Positions 24,257 to 31,960 of a stretch of DNA of 32,000 nucleotides are shown here, piece by piece. The notes under the pieces are model-generated. The model made no database searches and was not told the DNA's origin. It saw nothing but the letters and a program-made list of their open reading frames with translations. Position numbers and translations under genes: made by a program. Positions within the stretch are counted from its first letter, which is position 1. Each line of letters opens with the position of its first letter. The stretch comes from Candidatus Saccharimonadota bacterium (lineage in GTDB: Bacteria > Patescibacteriota > Saccharimonadia > Saccharimonadales > UBA4665): NCBI GenBank assembly GCA_963716945.1, contig OY970322.1, forward strand, positions 510,001 through 542,000, in the 5' to 3' direction.

Positions 24257-24924
24257 AAGTCCTTACCTAAATCATAACAAACGCGGTATCCGCCGCTCGG
24301 CAGGCCCTCGAGGCCATATGGCCCGAAATGGTCGCGCCGGAGTTTCTCGACCGTGTAGCCAAGCGCGGCGAAACTGCGCCGGATTTGGCGGTTACGGCCC
24401 TGGCCCAGACTGACTCGCCAACGGCGGCCGCCAACGGCCTCCAACTCCAGCCGGCTGACATAGTCTTCAACTTCAACGCCCCGTTCCAACTTGGTCCGAT
24501 CGGCCGGGGCCAGCGGCTTGTCGAGACGGACTTCATAGATTTTGGTTTTGGCATATCGGGGATGTGTCAGCCGGTTGGCCAAGTCTCCATCATCAGTCAT
24601 CAATAACAAACCTGAAGATTCCTTGTCAAGCCGGCCAACCGGCTTGAGTCGCCGGTATTCCGGCGGCAGTAGTTCATAAACGGTCCGGTTACCTTGCCCG
24701 GCGCGCGAGCAGACGTAGCCCTCCGGCTTGTTAAGCATAACGGTCAGGCTGACGGGGTTAACTTTAATAGGTTTGCCGTCCAGCTCTACGGTATCGTTGG
24801 CGTCAGTGCTATCCCCGGTCGCCGCCCGGCGTTTGTTGATAGCCACCCTGCCCTCTTGAATTGCCAGGTCGGCCGCCCGGCGGCTGAGGCCGGTCGCCTG
24901 AGCCACGAATTTATTAATCCGCAT
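24253..24924 (-). CDS. RsuA/RluB-family pseudouridine synthase with S4 domain
   Basis: N-terminal S4 (MRINKFVAQATGLSRRAADLAIQEGRVAINKR) and catalytic motif GRLDKESSGLLLMTDDG. Confidence 0.85.
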   Translation of the reverse strand: MRINKFVAQATGLSRRAADLAIQEGRVAINKRRAATGDSTDANDTVELDGKPIKVNPVSLTVMLNKPEGYVCSRAGQGNRTVYELLPPEYRRLKPVGRLDKESSGLLLMTDDGDLANRLTHPRYAKTKIYEVRLDKPLAPADRTKLERGVEVEDYVSRLELEAVGGRRWRVSLGQGRNRQIRRSFAALGYTVEKLRRDHFGPYGLEGLPSGGYRVCYDLGKDL

Positions 24925-24933
24925 AGGCTGGAT

Positions 24934-26436
24934 TTATAGGGCAATACTGCCGGGGTCGGCCGGGTTGTTTGGCAAGACGGAACTGGCCGCCGGCTCGGCT
25001 TCTGCTGCGGTGGGCGTAATCGTGCTGCCGGTAGGCGGTGCCGGAGGCGTCAACGAAGGGGTGGCGACGATCTTGGGGTCCGGCGGCTGGTCGGGCTCGC
25101 CATTGACTACGATGGACATCGGTTCGGGTGTTCCGGTCACCTCTTTGGCCTTAGCTTCCTTGGCAGCTTCGATAGCCAATAAGGTGTCAAGGTCCTGTTT
25201 AGGCTCGTCGTTGAGCGGCGTAATGACTTTTTTGTGGGCAATCGTTACGGTCGATGACTTAGCCGGGTCTGCCGGTTCCGGCGGCTTAGGGGCTTCAGTC
25301 GGTTCGACTACGGTGGCGGACGCAGTTTCGTTACTGGCGGCTTCGGTCTGGCTGCCGGCCTCGGTACTGTCTATCAAGGCCTGGGCGGCGTCCACTACCA
25401 GCTTGTCGTCATTGGCCGTATCGGCGGCTGACGGCTTGTCCGCCTCGGCTTCGGCCGGAGCGTCATTATCTTCAGGCTGGCTAGCCGTCTCGGCCGATGG
25501 CGGTGTTGCCTCTTCGCTGGCACCAGCTACAAAATCTTCTATACGGCTTTCGACACCGGCTTCTTCCTGAGCTGTTGACTGGGCACTACTGTCTGATACG
25601 GCAGCTGCCGCCGTATCGGCTTCAACTTTTGTGTCAGGTTCGGATTGGGGTTGAGGTTCGGGTGTTGGCTCTGTCTGGGCTTCGGATTCGGGCGTTTCGG
25701 TGGCTGCCGGAGGGGCGGTATCGCTGCCGGTCGAGGTTGAGCTGGGCTCGTCAGGCTCGTCGGCGGCCGGGCTGGTGACCGGTATGGAAACGGCCGGCGC
25801 CGGCGGAGCCGGAGCCGGTGTTGAGGCCGGCGGATCTACGGGACTCGGGGCTGGCGGTTCCGGGGCCGGAGGGGCTGGTACGGCGGCCGGGGTAACCGGC
25901 GCAGGCGCGGGAGCGGCCGGCGTCGTGTCAGCAACCGGAACGGTTGGCGCCGGATCCGGTATGGCTGGAGCTGCCGGAGGGGCGGCCGTTTCGGTTGCAG
26001 GCGGCGTTGCCGGACTTGGTGCGGGTTGAGCCGGTGCCTGAGTCTCTTGGGTTGAGGCCGCGGCCGGGCTGTCATTAAGCAGTTCGTGGGTGACTTTGAC
26101 AATATCTTCAAGCGTGACTTGCGATTTAACGAGGTAACGGTCAGCACCGAGACTGTTGGCCCGCTGCTGGTCGTCGCTTTGGCCGAGGGCCGTTAGCATG
26201 ATGACTTTTACGGCCTTGAGCTCGTCGGTATTGCGCAGGATGTCGAGCATCTCGAAGCCGCTGATTTTGGGCATCATGATATCCGAGATGATAAGGTCGG
26301 GTTTTTCGGCCTTGGCCAGTACCAAAGCCTCTTCGCCGTCTTTGGCTGAAACTATCTGGTAGCCCTCAGCCTGTAAACGTGCTCCATATATCTCGCGCAA
26401 ATTATTGTCATCTTCGACGAGCATCAGTTTTGCCAT
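24934..26436 (-). CDS. Response regulator receiver domain fused to a ~380-aa Pro/Ala/Thr/Glu-rich low-complexity tail
   Basis: REC domain: LMLVEDD, DLIISDIMMPKISGF, IMLTA, KS. The remainder is PAPAP-type repeats with no recognisable output domain. Confidence 0.8.
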   Translation of the reverse strand: MAKLMLVEDDNNLREIYGARLQAEGYQIVSAKDGEEALVLAKAEKPDLIISDIMMPKISGFEMLDILRNTDELKAVKVIMLTALGQSDDQQRANSLGADRYLVKSQVTLEDIVKVTHELLNDSPAAASTQETQAPAQPAPSPATPPATETAAPPAAPAIPDPAPTVPVADTTPAAPAPAPVTPAAVPAPPAPEPPAPSPVDPPASTPAPAPPAPAVSIPVTSPAADEPDEPSSTSTGSDTAPPAATETPESEAQTEPTPEPQPQSEPDTKVEADTAAAAVSDSSAQSTAQEEAGVESRIEDFVAGASEEATPPSAETASQPEDNDAPAEAEADKPSAADTANDDKLVVDAAQALIDSTEAGSQTEAASNETASATVVEPTEAPKPPEPADPAKSSTVTIAHKKVITPLNDEPKQDLDTLLAIEAAKEAKAKEVTGTPEPMSIVVNGEPDQPPDPKIVATPSLTPPAPPTGSTITPTAAEAEPAASSVLPNNPADPGSIAL

Positions 26437-26487
26437 GGTAATAGCCCCTGTATAATTTTGCTTACGCTTAGGTTCGTTTTCATTGTA

Positions 26488-27762
26488 TCACGCTCCAGCC
26501 TCCGGATTAACCGTTTTCGCAGCGGCATTACCCCTATCATTTGCTTGGAACTGGCTGGCCTGCTCGGTACTCAGGCGCGGCAGGTTTATATAGAAACTGC
26601 TGCCCTTGCCCAGCTGGCTTTCAACCCAGATCCGGCCGTTATACAGCTCGATGATTTTGCGGCAGATAAAAAGGCCCAGGCCGGTGCCGCCAATCGTCCT
26701 GGTGGCTGAACTGTCGACCCTGTAAAATTTTTGGAACAGGTGGGAAACATCGTCCGGCGGGATGCCCGGGCCGGTGTCCCTGACATAGCACTGGGCGACC
26801 TTGTCGTTGCCGGTCAGCCCGATCGAGATCTTGCCTTCGGACGTGTACTTGACGGCGTTATCAAACAGGTTGGTAATAACTTCGCGCAAACGGTCGGGGT
26901 CGACCCGGACGTAGTAAAGCGGCCGGATAGTCCGTTCGCCGCCGTGGTCGCTGGTGGCGTTGATGGTGTTATTGCCGCCGGTCACGAACTCGACGAACAG
27001 GCCTTTCTTCTCGGCGACCAGCCGTAAATCGTTAGTCAACTGCTCCAGGAACTCGCCCAGCTCCAGCACGACCGGGTGGCTGGTCAGCCGCCCGTCTTCG
27101 GCCTTGGCGCTGGTCAGCAGGTCCTGGAACAGCTGGCCGAGGTGCTGGGTCGAACTGTGGGCTTTCTCGAGATAGTCGCGGGCCCGGCTGTCAATCGTCG
27201 CGACTTTGTCGTTCAGGGCTAAGGCCAGATAGCCCTCGATGGCGGCGACCGGGGTGCGCATCTCATGGCTGGCGGTACTGATGAAATCGGCCCGCTGCTG
27301 CTCCTCGGCCCGTTCCTTGCTGGCGTCGCGGAAAACGGCGACCACGGCCGTTACCCGTTTGTTGTCGTCCATTAGCGATGACAGGCTGAGGCTGATGGGG
27401 ATCTGTTTCTTGCCGCGGGTTACCAGGAAGGCGTCATTGACGCTTAAGTTCTCGCCGGCCGTGAAGATCTGCTGGAACGGGTTGTCGGCTTCGGGGTAGG
27501 CTTCGCCTTTATCGTTGACCAGCTGGATAACCGCCCTGACGTTGATGCCGGTAGCCTCGTCGGCGTTCCAGCCGCAAATATTCGCCGCGCCGGGGTTGAT
27601 AAGCTGGATCGTTTGCTGGTCATCGATCAGGATCACGCCCTCTTCGATATTATCGATAATGACTTTGAACTTCAGCGTTTCGTCGCGCAGGTCCGCCGGC
27701 AAGTGGTCGGTTTTTTGGCCGTCCGAACCCGCCGGCCGGTTGAGGAAACCGGGCAATTTCAT
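26488..27762 (-). CDS. Cytoplasmic PAS-domain sensor histidine kinase
   Basis: PAS-like N-terminus (IIDNIEEGVILID...). H-box ASHEMRTPV. NAVKYT, DTGPGI and GGTGLGL boxes. Confidence 0.85.
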   Translation of the reverse strand: MKLPGFLNRPAGSDGQKTDHLPADLRDETLKFKVIIDNIEEGVILIDDQQTIQLINPGAANICGWNADEATGINVRAVIQLVNDKGEAYPEADNPFQQIFTAGENLSVNDAFLVTRGKKQIPISLSLSSLMDDNKRVTAVVAVFRDASKERAEEQQRADFISTASHEMRTPVAAIEGYLALALNDKVATIDSRARDYLEKAHSSTQHLGQLFQDLLTSAKAEDGRLTSHPVVLELGEFLEQLTNDLRLVAEKKGLFVEFVTGGNNTINATSDHGGERTIRPLYYVRVDPDRLREVITNLFDNAVKYTSEGKISIGLTGNDKVAQCYVRDTGPGIPPDDVSHLFQKFYRVDSSATRTIGGTGLGLFICRKIIELYNGRIWVESQLGKGSSFYINLPRLSTEQASQFQANDRGNAAAKTVNPEAGA

Positions 27763-27976
27763 AGGCCGCCATACTCTGGCGGAAATGACGCCGTCAGGCC
27801 CACGCTAACGATGCTCGATTCATAGGTATGCATAAGTACTGCTTTTACTTTACAGTTTAGCAAAAATTTCTCAATCTGTTTATGCTTTTGCCAGCGGCTG
27901 GACGCTCCATAACAGATATGGTAAGATGGTGCGGCCGAGTTTTCCCCGCCCGACCGCAGCTTGATAGCTGCCATGC

Positions 27977-28051
27977 GGCCTCATCGTCTAGCGGCTAGGA
28001 CACCAGGTTCTCATCCTGGCAACCGGGGTTCGATTCCCCGTGAGGTCACCA
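27977..28051 (+). tRNA. tRNA-Glu (anticodon CUC), CCA encoded
   Basis: Manual cloverleaf. Acceptor GGCCTCA/TGAGGTC (one G-U). D arm GTCT-AGCGGCTA-GGAC. Anticodon arm CCAGG-TTCTCAT-CCTGG. Variable loop CAAC. T arm CGGGG-TTCGATT-CCCCG. Discriminator A, then CCA. Confidence 0.9.
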
Positions 28052-28160
28052 TCAGCCTGGTACAAAGGACGCCTGCTTCAATCGCACCGTCAGAGTACGT
28101 TATCGAAAGAGGGTTTTAGGCAATTTCTTAATTGGTTGCAGCCCAATCCGGACATTTAAA

Positions 28161-28191
28161 TTGGACAAGTAGCTACTCATTATTGTATAAT
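28161..28191 (+). promoter_or_regulatory. Possible promoter TTGGAC-N19-(TG)TATAAT, 9 nt before ATG 28201
   Basis: TTGGAC at 28161-28166 and TGTATAAT at 28184-28191. Confidence 0.4.
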
Positions 28192-28200
28192 ATAGAATTT

Positions 28201-28755
28201 ATGACAGATCTACAACCGGCAGGAGTTTTACCTCCTATAGAAAGCGACTTCACTGCTCAAGGCGAAGTTGTTACACCCATAGATATGGTCTATATAGCCT
28301 ATGCGAGCTTAGGCCTTGACGAACAGCTGGAAGCTTACGCTTTGGGCGAAGAGCCGGGCGACGAGTCGGTGGTCCGGGATTCACTTGTTAAATACGGTCA
28401 AGATGTCGCCGGTATTGCTACCCAAGGCGGTGATATAGACGTTGGCGTGATTCGAGAGGCGTTTGACCGGCTTTACGAAGGCATGGAGGGCGTAGCACGC
28501 AAGAAGTATGGCCCCGAAAAACCTAGGACCATAACCGAGGGTCTTTTGGTACGGTCCGGCGTTGTTTTGCCCAGATACAGACAGCAATTCAGTCATCTTG
28601 ACGACCGTTATTGGAACGAGCAGTTTATGGGACAGTACGAAGCCCAGGCAATGGTCGAAAGGCTGCCCGATGAACCGGAGCAAGACTACCTGGCACGTTA
28701 CATAGCGACTTGCCTGCACGGGTTTCCGTGGGCCTATTTCACGAATTTCATATAG
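28201..28755 (+). CDS. Hypothetical acidic protein, no recognisable family
   Basis: Internal ATG of the 28132..28755 ORF, placed just after the TATAAT. Its 3' end overlaps the convergent umuC by 8 nt. Confidence 0.55.
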   Translation: MTDLQPAGVLPPIESDFTAQGEVVTPIDMVYIAYASLGLDEQLEAYALGEEPGDESVVRDSLVKYGQDVAGIATQGGDIDVGVIREAFDRLYEGMEGVARKKYGPEKPRTITEGLLVRSGVVLPRYRQQFSHLDDRYWNEQFMGQYEAQAMVERLPDEPEQDYLARYIATCLHGFPWAYFTNFI

Positions 28756-30028
28756 GTTTGACGCGGGCGCTGGGCAGGTCGTCCCAGTCGGTGGTGTAAT
28801 GCGGGCTGCGGTGTCGGTGTTTGGGTTGCCAGGCGGCTGACAGGTCTTCGGCGGCGTAGCGGATGGTGCGGCGGCCGTAGCGGTCGTTGATGGCGTCAAA
28901 GGCCCGCAGGCGGGTTTGGCTGGCTTCTGATTCCGCCAGGTCGAGGTTATTAAACAAGTCGGTTTGGAGGCTGTGCTCGCCGACCAGGTCGTATAGCAGG
29001 ATATCGGCTTTGTGATAGTCGAGGTTCGGGTTAAAGGCCCCGGCCGCGGCTTCGACTAGCCGGCCGGTCAAGCTGCCGGTATCGGCGGTCGGCGTAGCGA
29101 AGCCGAGATGCCGGCTAAGGATTCGATAGCCCGGTTTGTGCCGATTCGTCCTGAGATAAAAAGCGGCGCTGCCGGCCAGTAAATGGTCGGCCCGCAGATG
29201 GGCCGCGGCCCGGGCGGTCAGGCTGGCGATAGCCGCTTCTATCACCGGAAACTGCCTGGTATCTTCGCCGAACATGCGGCCGTGCATGATGGTTTGGCGG
29301 ATCTTGCCGAATGGCTCAAGCTCATGGCACGGCGTACCGTTCAGCTCGGCGACCATTTGGCGGCCGTGGACGCCCATCAGCTGTCCGGCCAGCCGCGGCG
29401 GCATCCGGCTCAAATCCAAGGCACTGTGTACGCCCTCGGCCCTAAGCCGCGGGCCCAGGCGCCGGCCGACGCCCCAAATATCCTTGACGGGCGTGTTTAG
29501 AAGGTAGGCCTCACGGCTACTCCGATCGGCGCTTATCAGGTCGACGATGCCCGACGAGCCGCTGTCGCGCTTGGCGTGCTCGGAGGCCAGTTTGGACAGT
29601 GTTTTGGTCTCGGCCAGGCCGATGGAAACCGGTATCCCGACTTCCTTTAGCAGTCTTTGCCTGACCGCCCCGCCCCAAGCCTGATAATCATCTATGGCCA
29701 ATTGGCTGAGATCCAAGAAGGACTCGTCAACCGAGTAGACCTCGGTGCGCGGCGTGATAGCCGTTAATAAACGGGTAATCCGCTGGCTGATATCGCCGTA
29801 GAGCTCGAAATTGCCGCTGAACTGCACGACGCCTTCGGCCTTGAATATCGGCCGGTACTTAAAGGCCGGCGCGCCCATCGGAATGCCCAGCGCCCGGGCT
29901 TCGTTGGAGCGTGAGACCACGCAGCCGTCGTTGCTGCTGAGGACCACGACCGGGCGGCCTTCCAGGTCCGGCCGGAACAGGCGCTCGCAGCTGACGAAGA
30001 AGTTATTACAGTCGATTAAAGCGAACAT
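28748..30028 (-). CDS. umuC: Y-family translesion DNA polymerase, UmuC-like
   Basis: The N-terminus MFALIDCNNFFVSCERLFRPDLEGRPVVVLSSNDGCVVSRSNEARALGIPMG is close, from memory, to E. coli UmuC (MFALCDVNAFYASCETVFRPDLWGKPVVVLSNNDGCVIARN...). Also SVDESFLD. Confidence 0.9.
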   Translation of the reverse strand: MFALIDCNNFFVSCERLFRPDLEGRPVVVLSSNDGCVVSRSNEARALGIPMGAPAFKYRPIFKAEGVVQFSGNFELYGDISQRITRLLTAITPRTEVYSVDESFLDLSQLAIDDYQAWGGAVRQRLLKEVGIPVSIGLAETKTLSKLASEHAKRDSGSSGIVDLISADRSSREAYLLNTPVKDIWGVGRRLGPRLRAEGVHSALDLSRMPPRLAGQLMGVHGRQMVAELNGTPCHELEPFGKIRQTIMHGRMFGEDTRQFPVIEAAIASLTARAAAHLRADHLLAGSAAFYLRTNRHKPGYRILSRHLGFATPTADTGSLTGRLVEAAAGAFNPNLDYHKADILLYDLVGEHSLQTDLFNNLDLAESEASQTRLRAFDAINDRYGRRTIRYAAEDLSAAWQPKHRHRSPHYTTDWDDLPSARVKPI

Positions 30029-30385
30029 TTAAACGTATTGGTGGATAATAGCCGTTACCACGCCCCAGACCTCGTCCCTATCGCTTAGCTGCCGCTGCCG
30101 GCAAAGCGTGGAGCCGTCTTCGTGCCAAACAATTACCAGGTCGGCCGCCCGCGGCGTCCTGGCCCGGTCGATAACGGCTACATCACCGTCATAGACACCT
30201 TGGTCGCTCCAGTGGTGCCCGGCTACCCGGAATAAATACGTGCTGCTGGGATGCTTGATGAGCAGCTGGTTGAGGTCCAGGGCTAGGCGTCCGCCTTGCC
30301 CTCGCCGGTCCAGTGCCGGGTTGGGAAAGCCACTGTGCACCGACACTCCGTCGCCGTCGGCCATAGCTGAAAAACCGTCGTCCAT
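30029..30385 (-). CDS. umuD: UmuD-like S24-fold protein lacking the canonical Ser/Lys dyad
   Basis: GFPNPA...LDLNQLLIKHPSSTYLFRV...YDGDVAVID aligns with UmuD GFPSPA...IDLNQLLIQHPSATYFVKA...SDGDLLIVD. Its stop abuts the umuC ATG (TAAATG). AGGAG RBS. Confidence 0.8.
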   Translation of the reverse strand: MDDGFSAMADGDGVSVHSGFPNPALDRRGQGGRLALDLNQLLIKHPSSTYLFRVAGHHWSDQGVYDGDVAVIDRARTPRAADLVIVWHEDGSTLCRQRQLSDRDEVWGVVTAIIHQYV

Positions 30386-30404
30386 AAAGCTGTCTCCTGC
30401 TTAC

Positions 30405-30545
30405 TCATGTTTCGACCAGCGTGTATTCGTGGCCCTTGTAGATTAACCGCTTGGGGTAGCTTTCGAACCGCACCTGGTTCGAGTCATGCCGGAAACGGAC
30501 ACCGGCGATTTGAATTTCTTTTTCCTTTAGAATAGTTGCTTCCAT
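30405..30545 (-). CDS. Unannotated 46-aa ORF upstream of umuD-like
   Basis: AGGAG (30558-30554) lies 8 nt before the ATG at 30545. Product: MEATILKEKEIQIAGVRFRHDSNQVRFESYPKRLIYKGHEYTLVET. Stop TGA at 30407-30405, 19 nt before the umuD-like ATG. Too short for the ORF track. Confidence 0.5.
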   Translation of the reverse strand: MEATILKEKEIQIAGVRFRHDSNQVRFESYPKRLIYKGHEYTLVET

Positions 30546-30780
30546 GGTTCAAACTCCTGATCGTTAGTAATAAAAATAGAAACTGACAGAGGCCAGTAAA
30601 CGGGTTTCGGGTTGAAGCTTCTTAACCAGGGGCGCCGCTACCGTTCGGAGCTGGCCTCTATAGGTTGGAAACTAAAGTTTGAACTCTGGAAGAAAACAGG
30701 GACCGAAGTGTATCTTCTTATATATAAGTCTGTGAAGTAAATGCTAGGCAAGTCCCCACATGGCTAATGTTTATTATACA
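30546..30780 (-). promoter_or_regulatory. Putative promoter (TGTATAAT) plus a structured ~220-nt leader of the small-ORF/umuD/umuC operon
   Basis: TGTATAAT on the minus strand at 30780-30773. Nested inverted repeats at 30588-30596/30651-30659 and 30547-30555/30676-30684, and a U-rich tract after the inner hairpin. Confidence 0.4.
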
Positions 30781-30796
30781 CGACTGTCAACCGTGT

Positions 30797-31480
30797 TTAG
30801 TGATCGGTCAGGCCCAGGGTGTCGCGGAGAGCGGCGTCCATGGCCGAGGCCAGTTCCGGGTCCGTATCGGGGTGGTCGACGCCGTTTTTGACAGCCTTGG
30901 CCCGTTCGAGTGTCCGGCCGGCTTCATGGACCGCGACGTCTATCGATAACGGGTCGCCGGTCCGGCGTAAGGCGTCTATGGTGCTTTGGGCGATGCCGGG
31001 CGTATCTTGATAACTGTCAAAGCCCTCGGGATTAAACGGTTCAAACCCGGTGAGGGTGATTGGATTCAGGTCTTCGCCGGCGGTAAACTTTCTGATTTGA
31101 AAAGGCCGGCCGTCCCAGTAGCCGGAGTTGCCCGCCGCAACCTCTACCTTGCCGTTAAACCTTGAAAACTCAAGGTAAAAATCCCTTTCGCTCCTATAGT
31201 GAGTATTCGGGCCGGCTTGAACCCTTAACAGCTTTGACAGGAAACTCTGTTCCGGCTCCGCGCTAACCTCGGCGATCCCGGTTACCAGATCAGCGTGAAG
31301 CTCGCTAAGGTCTTGCTCGCCGATTGGCTGGTGGCCAAAAAAGCCGCTGCCTAGGGGCGCGCAGGCAATTTTTAAAGCTATCATGGTGCTGCTGAGAGCC
31401 AAGTCTTCAATATATACCAAGCCGGCTTCTCTCGCCTGCTCGTCTCGCTCTCGGGAATAAAGCTGCTCAACAGTAGACAT
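30797..31480 (-). CDS. Hypothetical protein, no recognisable family
   Basis: 227-aa ORF starting at the predicted TSS of a consensus promoter. Acidic, with no TM segments. Confidence 0.65.
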   Translation of the reverse strand: MSTVEQLYSRERDEQAREAGLVYIEDLALSSTMIALKIACAPLGSGFFGHQPIGEQDLSELHADLVTGIAEVSAEPEQSFLSKLLRVQAGPNTHYRSERDFYLEFSRFNGKVEVAAGNSGYWDGRPFQIRKFTAGEDLNPITLTGFEPFNPEGFDSYQDTPGIAQSTIDALRRTGDPLSIDVAVHEAGRTLERAKAVKNGVDHPDTDPELASAMDAALRDTLGLTDH

Positions 31481-31487
31481 TTAGAAT

Positions 31488-31516
31488 ATTATACACAATA
31501 TCCTATTAAAAGTCAA
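31488..31516 (-). promoter_or_regulatory. Consensus sigma70 promoter TTGACT-N17-TATAAT, 7 nt before ATG 31480 (leaderless)
   Basis: On the minus strand, TTGACT is at 31516-31511 and TATAAT at 31493-31488, with a 17-nt spacer. Confidence 0.7.
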
Positions 31517-31527
31517 ATATATGCAGG

Positions 31528-31944
31528 CTATTTGATGGTGTTGAGGAAGTCGACCAGTTCGTGGGGCGTCAGTTCGGCCTTGACCAGGTAGCCGTCGGCC
31601 TGCTTCTCGATGTCGGCCCGGACATCTTCGCGTTGCTCGAGATTGGTGGTGACGACGATTTTGGCCCGTATCGGCGGTACGCGGGCCGGGTCGCGCAGGA
31701 CGCGCAAGATCTCGATACCGGATACGGTCGGTATCATCAGGTCGAGCAGGATGATGTCATATTTGTCGGTTTCGGCGGCCGCCAGGGCTTCTTTACCGTC
31801 GGCTATCGTCTCGACTTCGTAGCCGCCCTTGGTCAGGGCACGGGTGTAAAGCTCGCTGATGAAGTGCTCGTCCTCGATACAGAGGACCTTGCGGCCGGCG
31901 GCCGGCGCGGCCGGGCTGATGGGGGTTGCGGAGGGCGGTTCCAT
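31528..31944 (-). CDS. Stand-alone receiver (CheY-like) response regulator
   Basis: VLCIEDE, DIILLDLMIPTVSG, VVTTN and the K of GYLVKAE. No output domain. Confidence 0.85.
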   Translation of the reverse strand: MEPPSATPISPAAPAAGRKVLCIEDEHFISELYTRALTKGGYEVETIADGKEALAAAETDKYDIILLDLMIPTVSGIEILRVLRDPARVPPIRAKIVVTTNLEQREDVRADIEKQADGYLVKAELTPHELVDFLNTIK

Positions 31945-31951
31945 GTTTATT

Positions 31952-31960
31952 ACTTTATCA
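31952..31960 (-). promoter_or_regulatory. Extended -10 promoter TGaTAAAGT, 7 nt before ATG 31944 (leaderless geometry)
   Basis: The minus strand reads TGATAAAGT (31960-31952). Confidence 0.45.

Noticed and set aside
27759-27974. 71-aa minus-strand ORF upstream of the PAS histidine kinase
   Set aside because: It has no RBS and an odd composition. It occupies the AT-rich promoter region between the kinase operon and the tRNA, and it ends overlapping the kinase start in a way that suggests chance.
30463-30482. Palindrome TCGAAC-N8-GTTCGA resembling Gram-positive/actinobacterial LexA boxes
   Set aside because: Known boxes have an N4 spacer (CGAAC-N4-GTTCG). This one has N8 and lies inside the 46-codon ORF rather than at the promoter. 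It is kept only as a low-probability operator.
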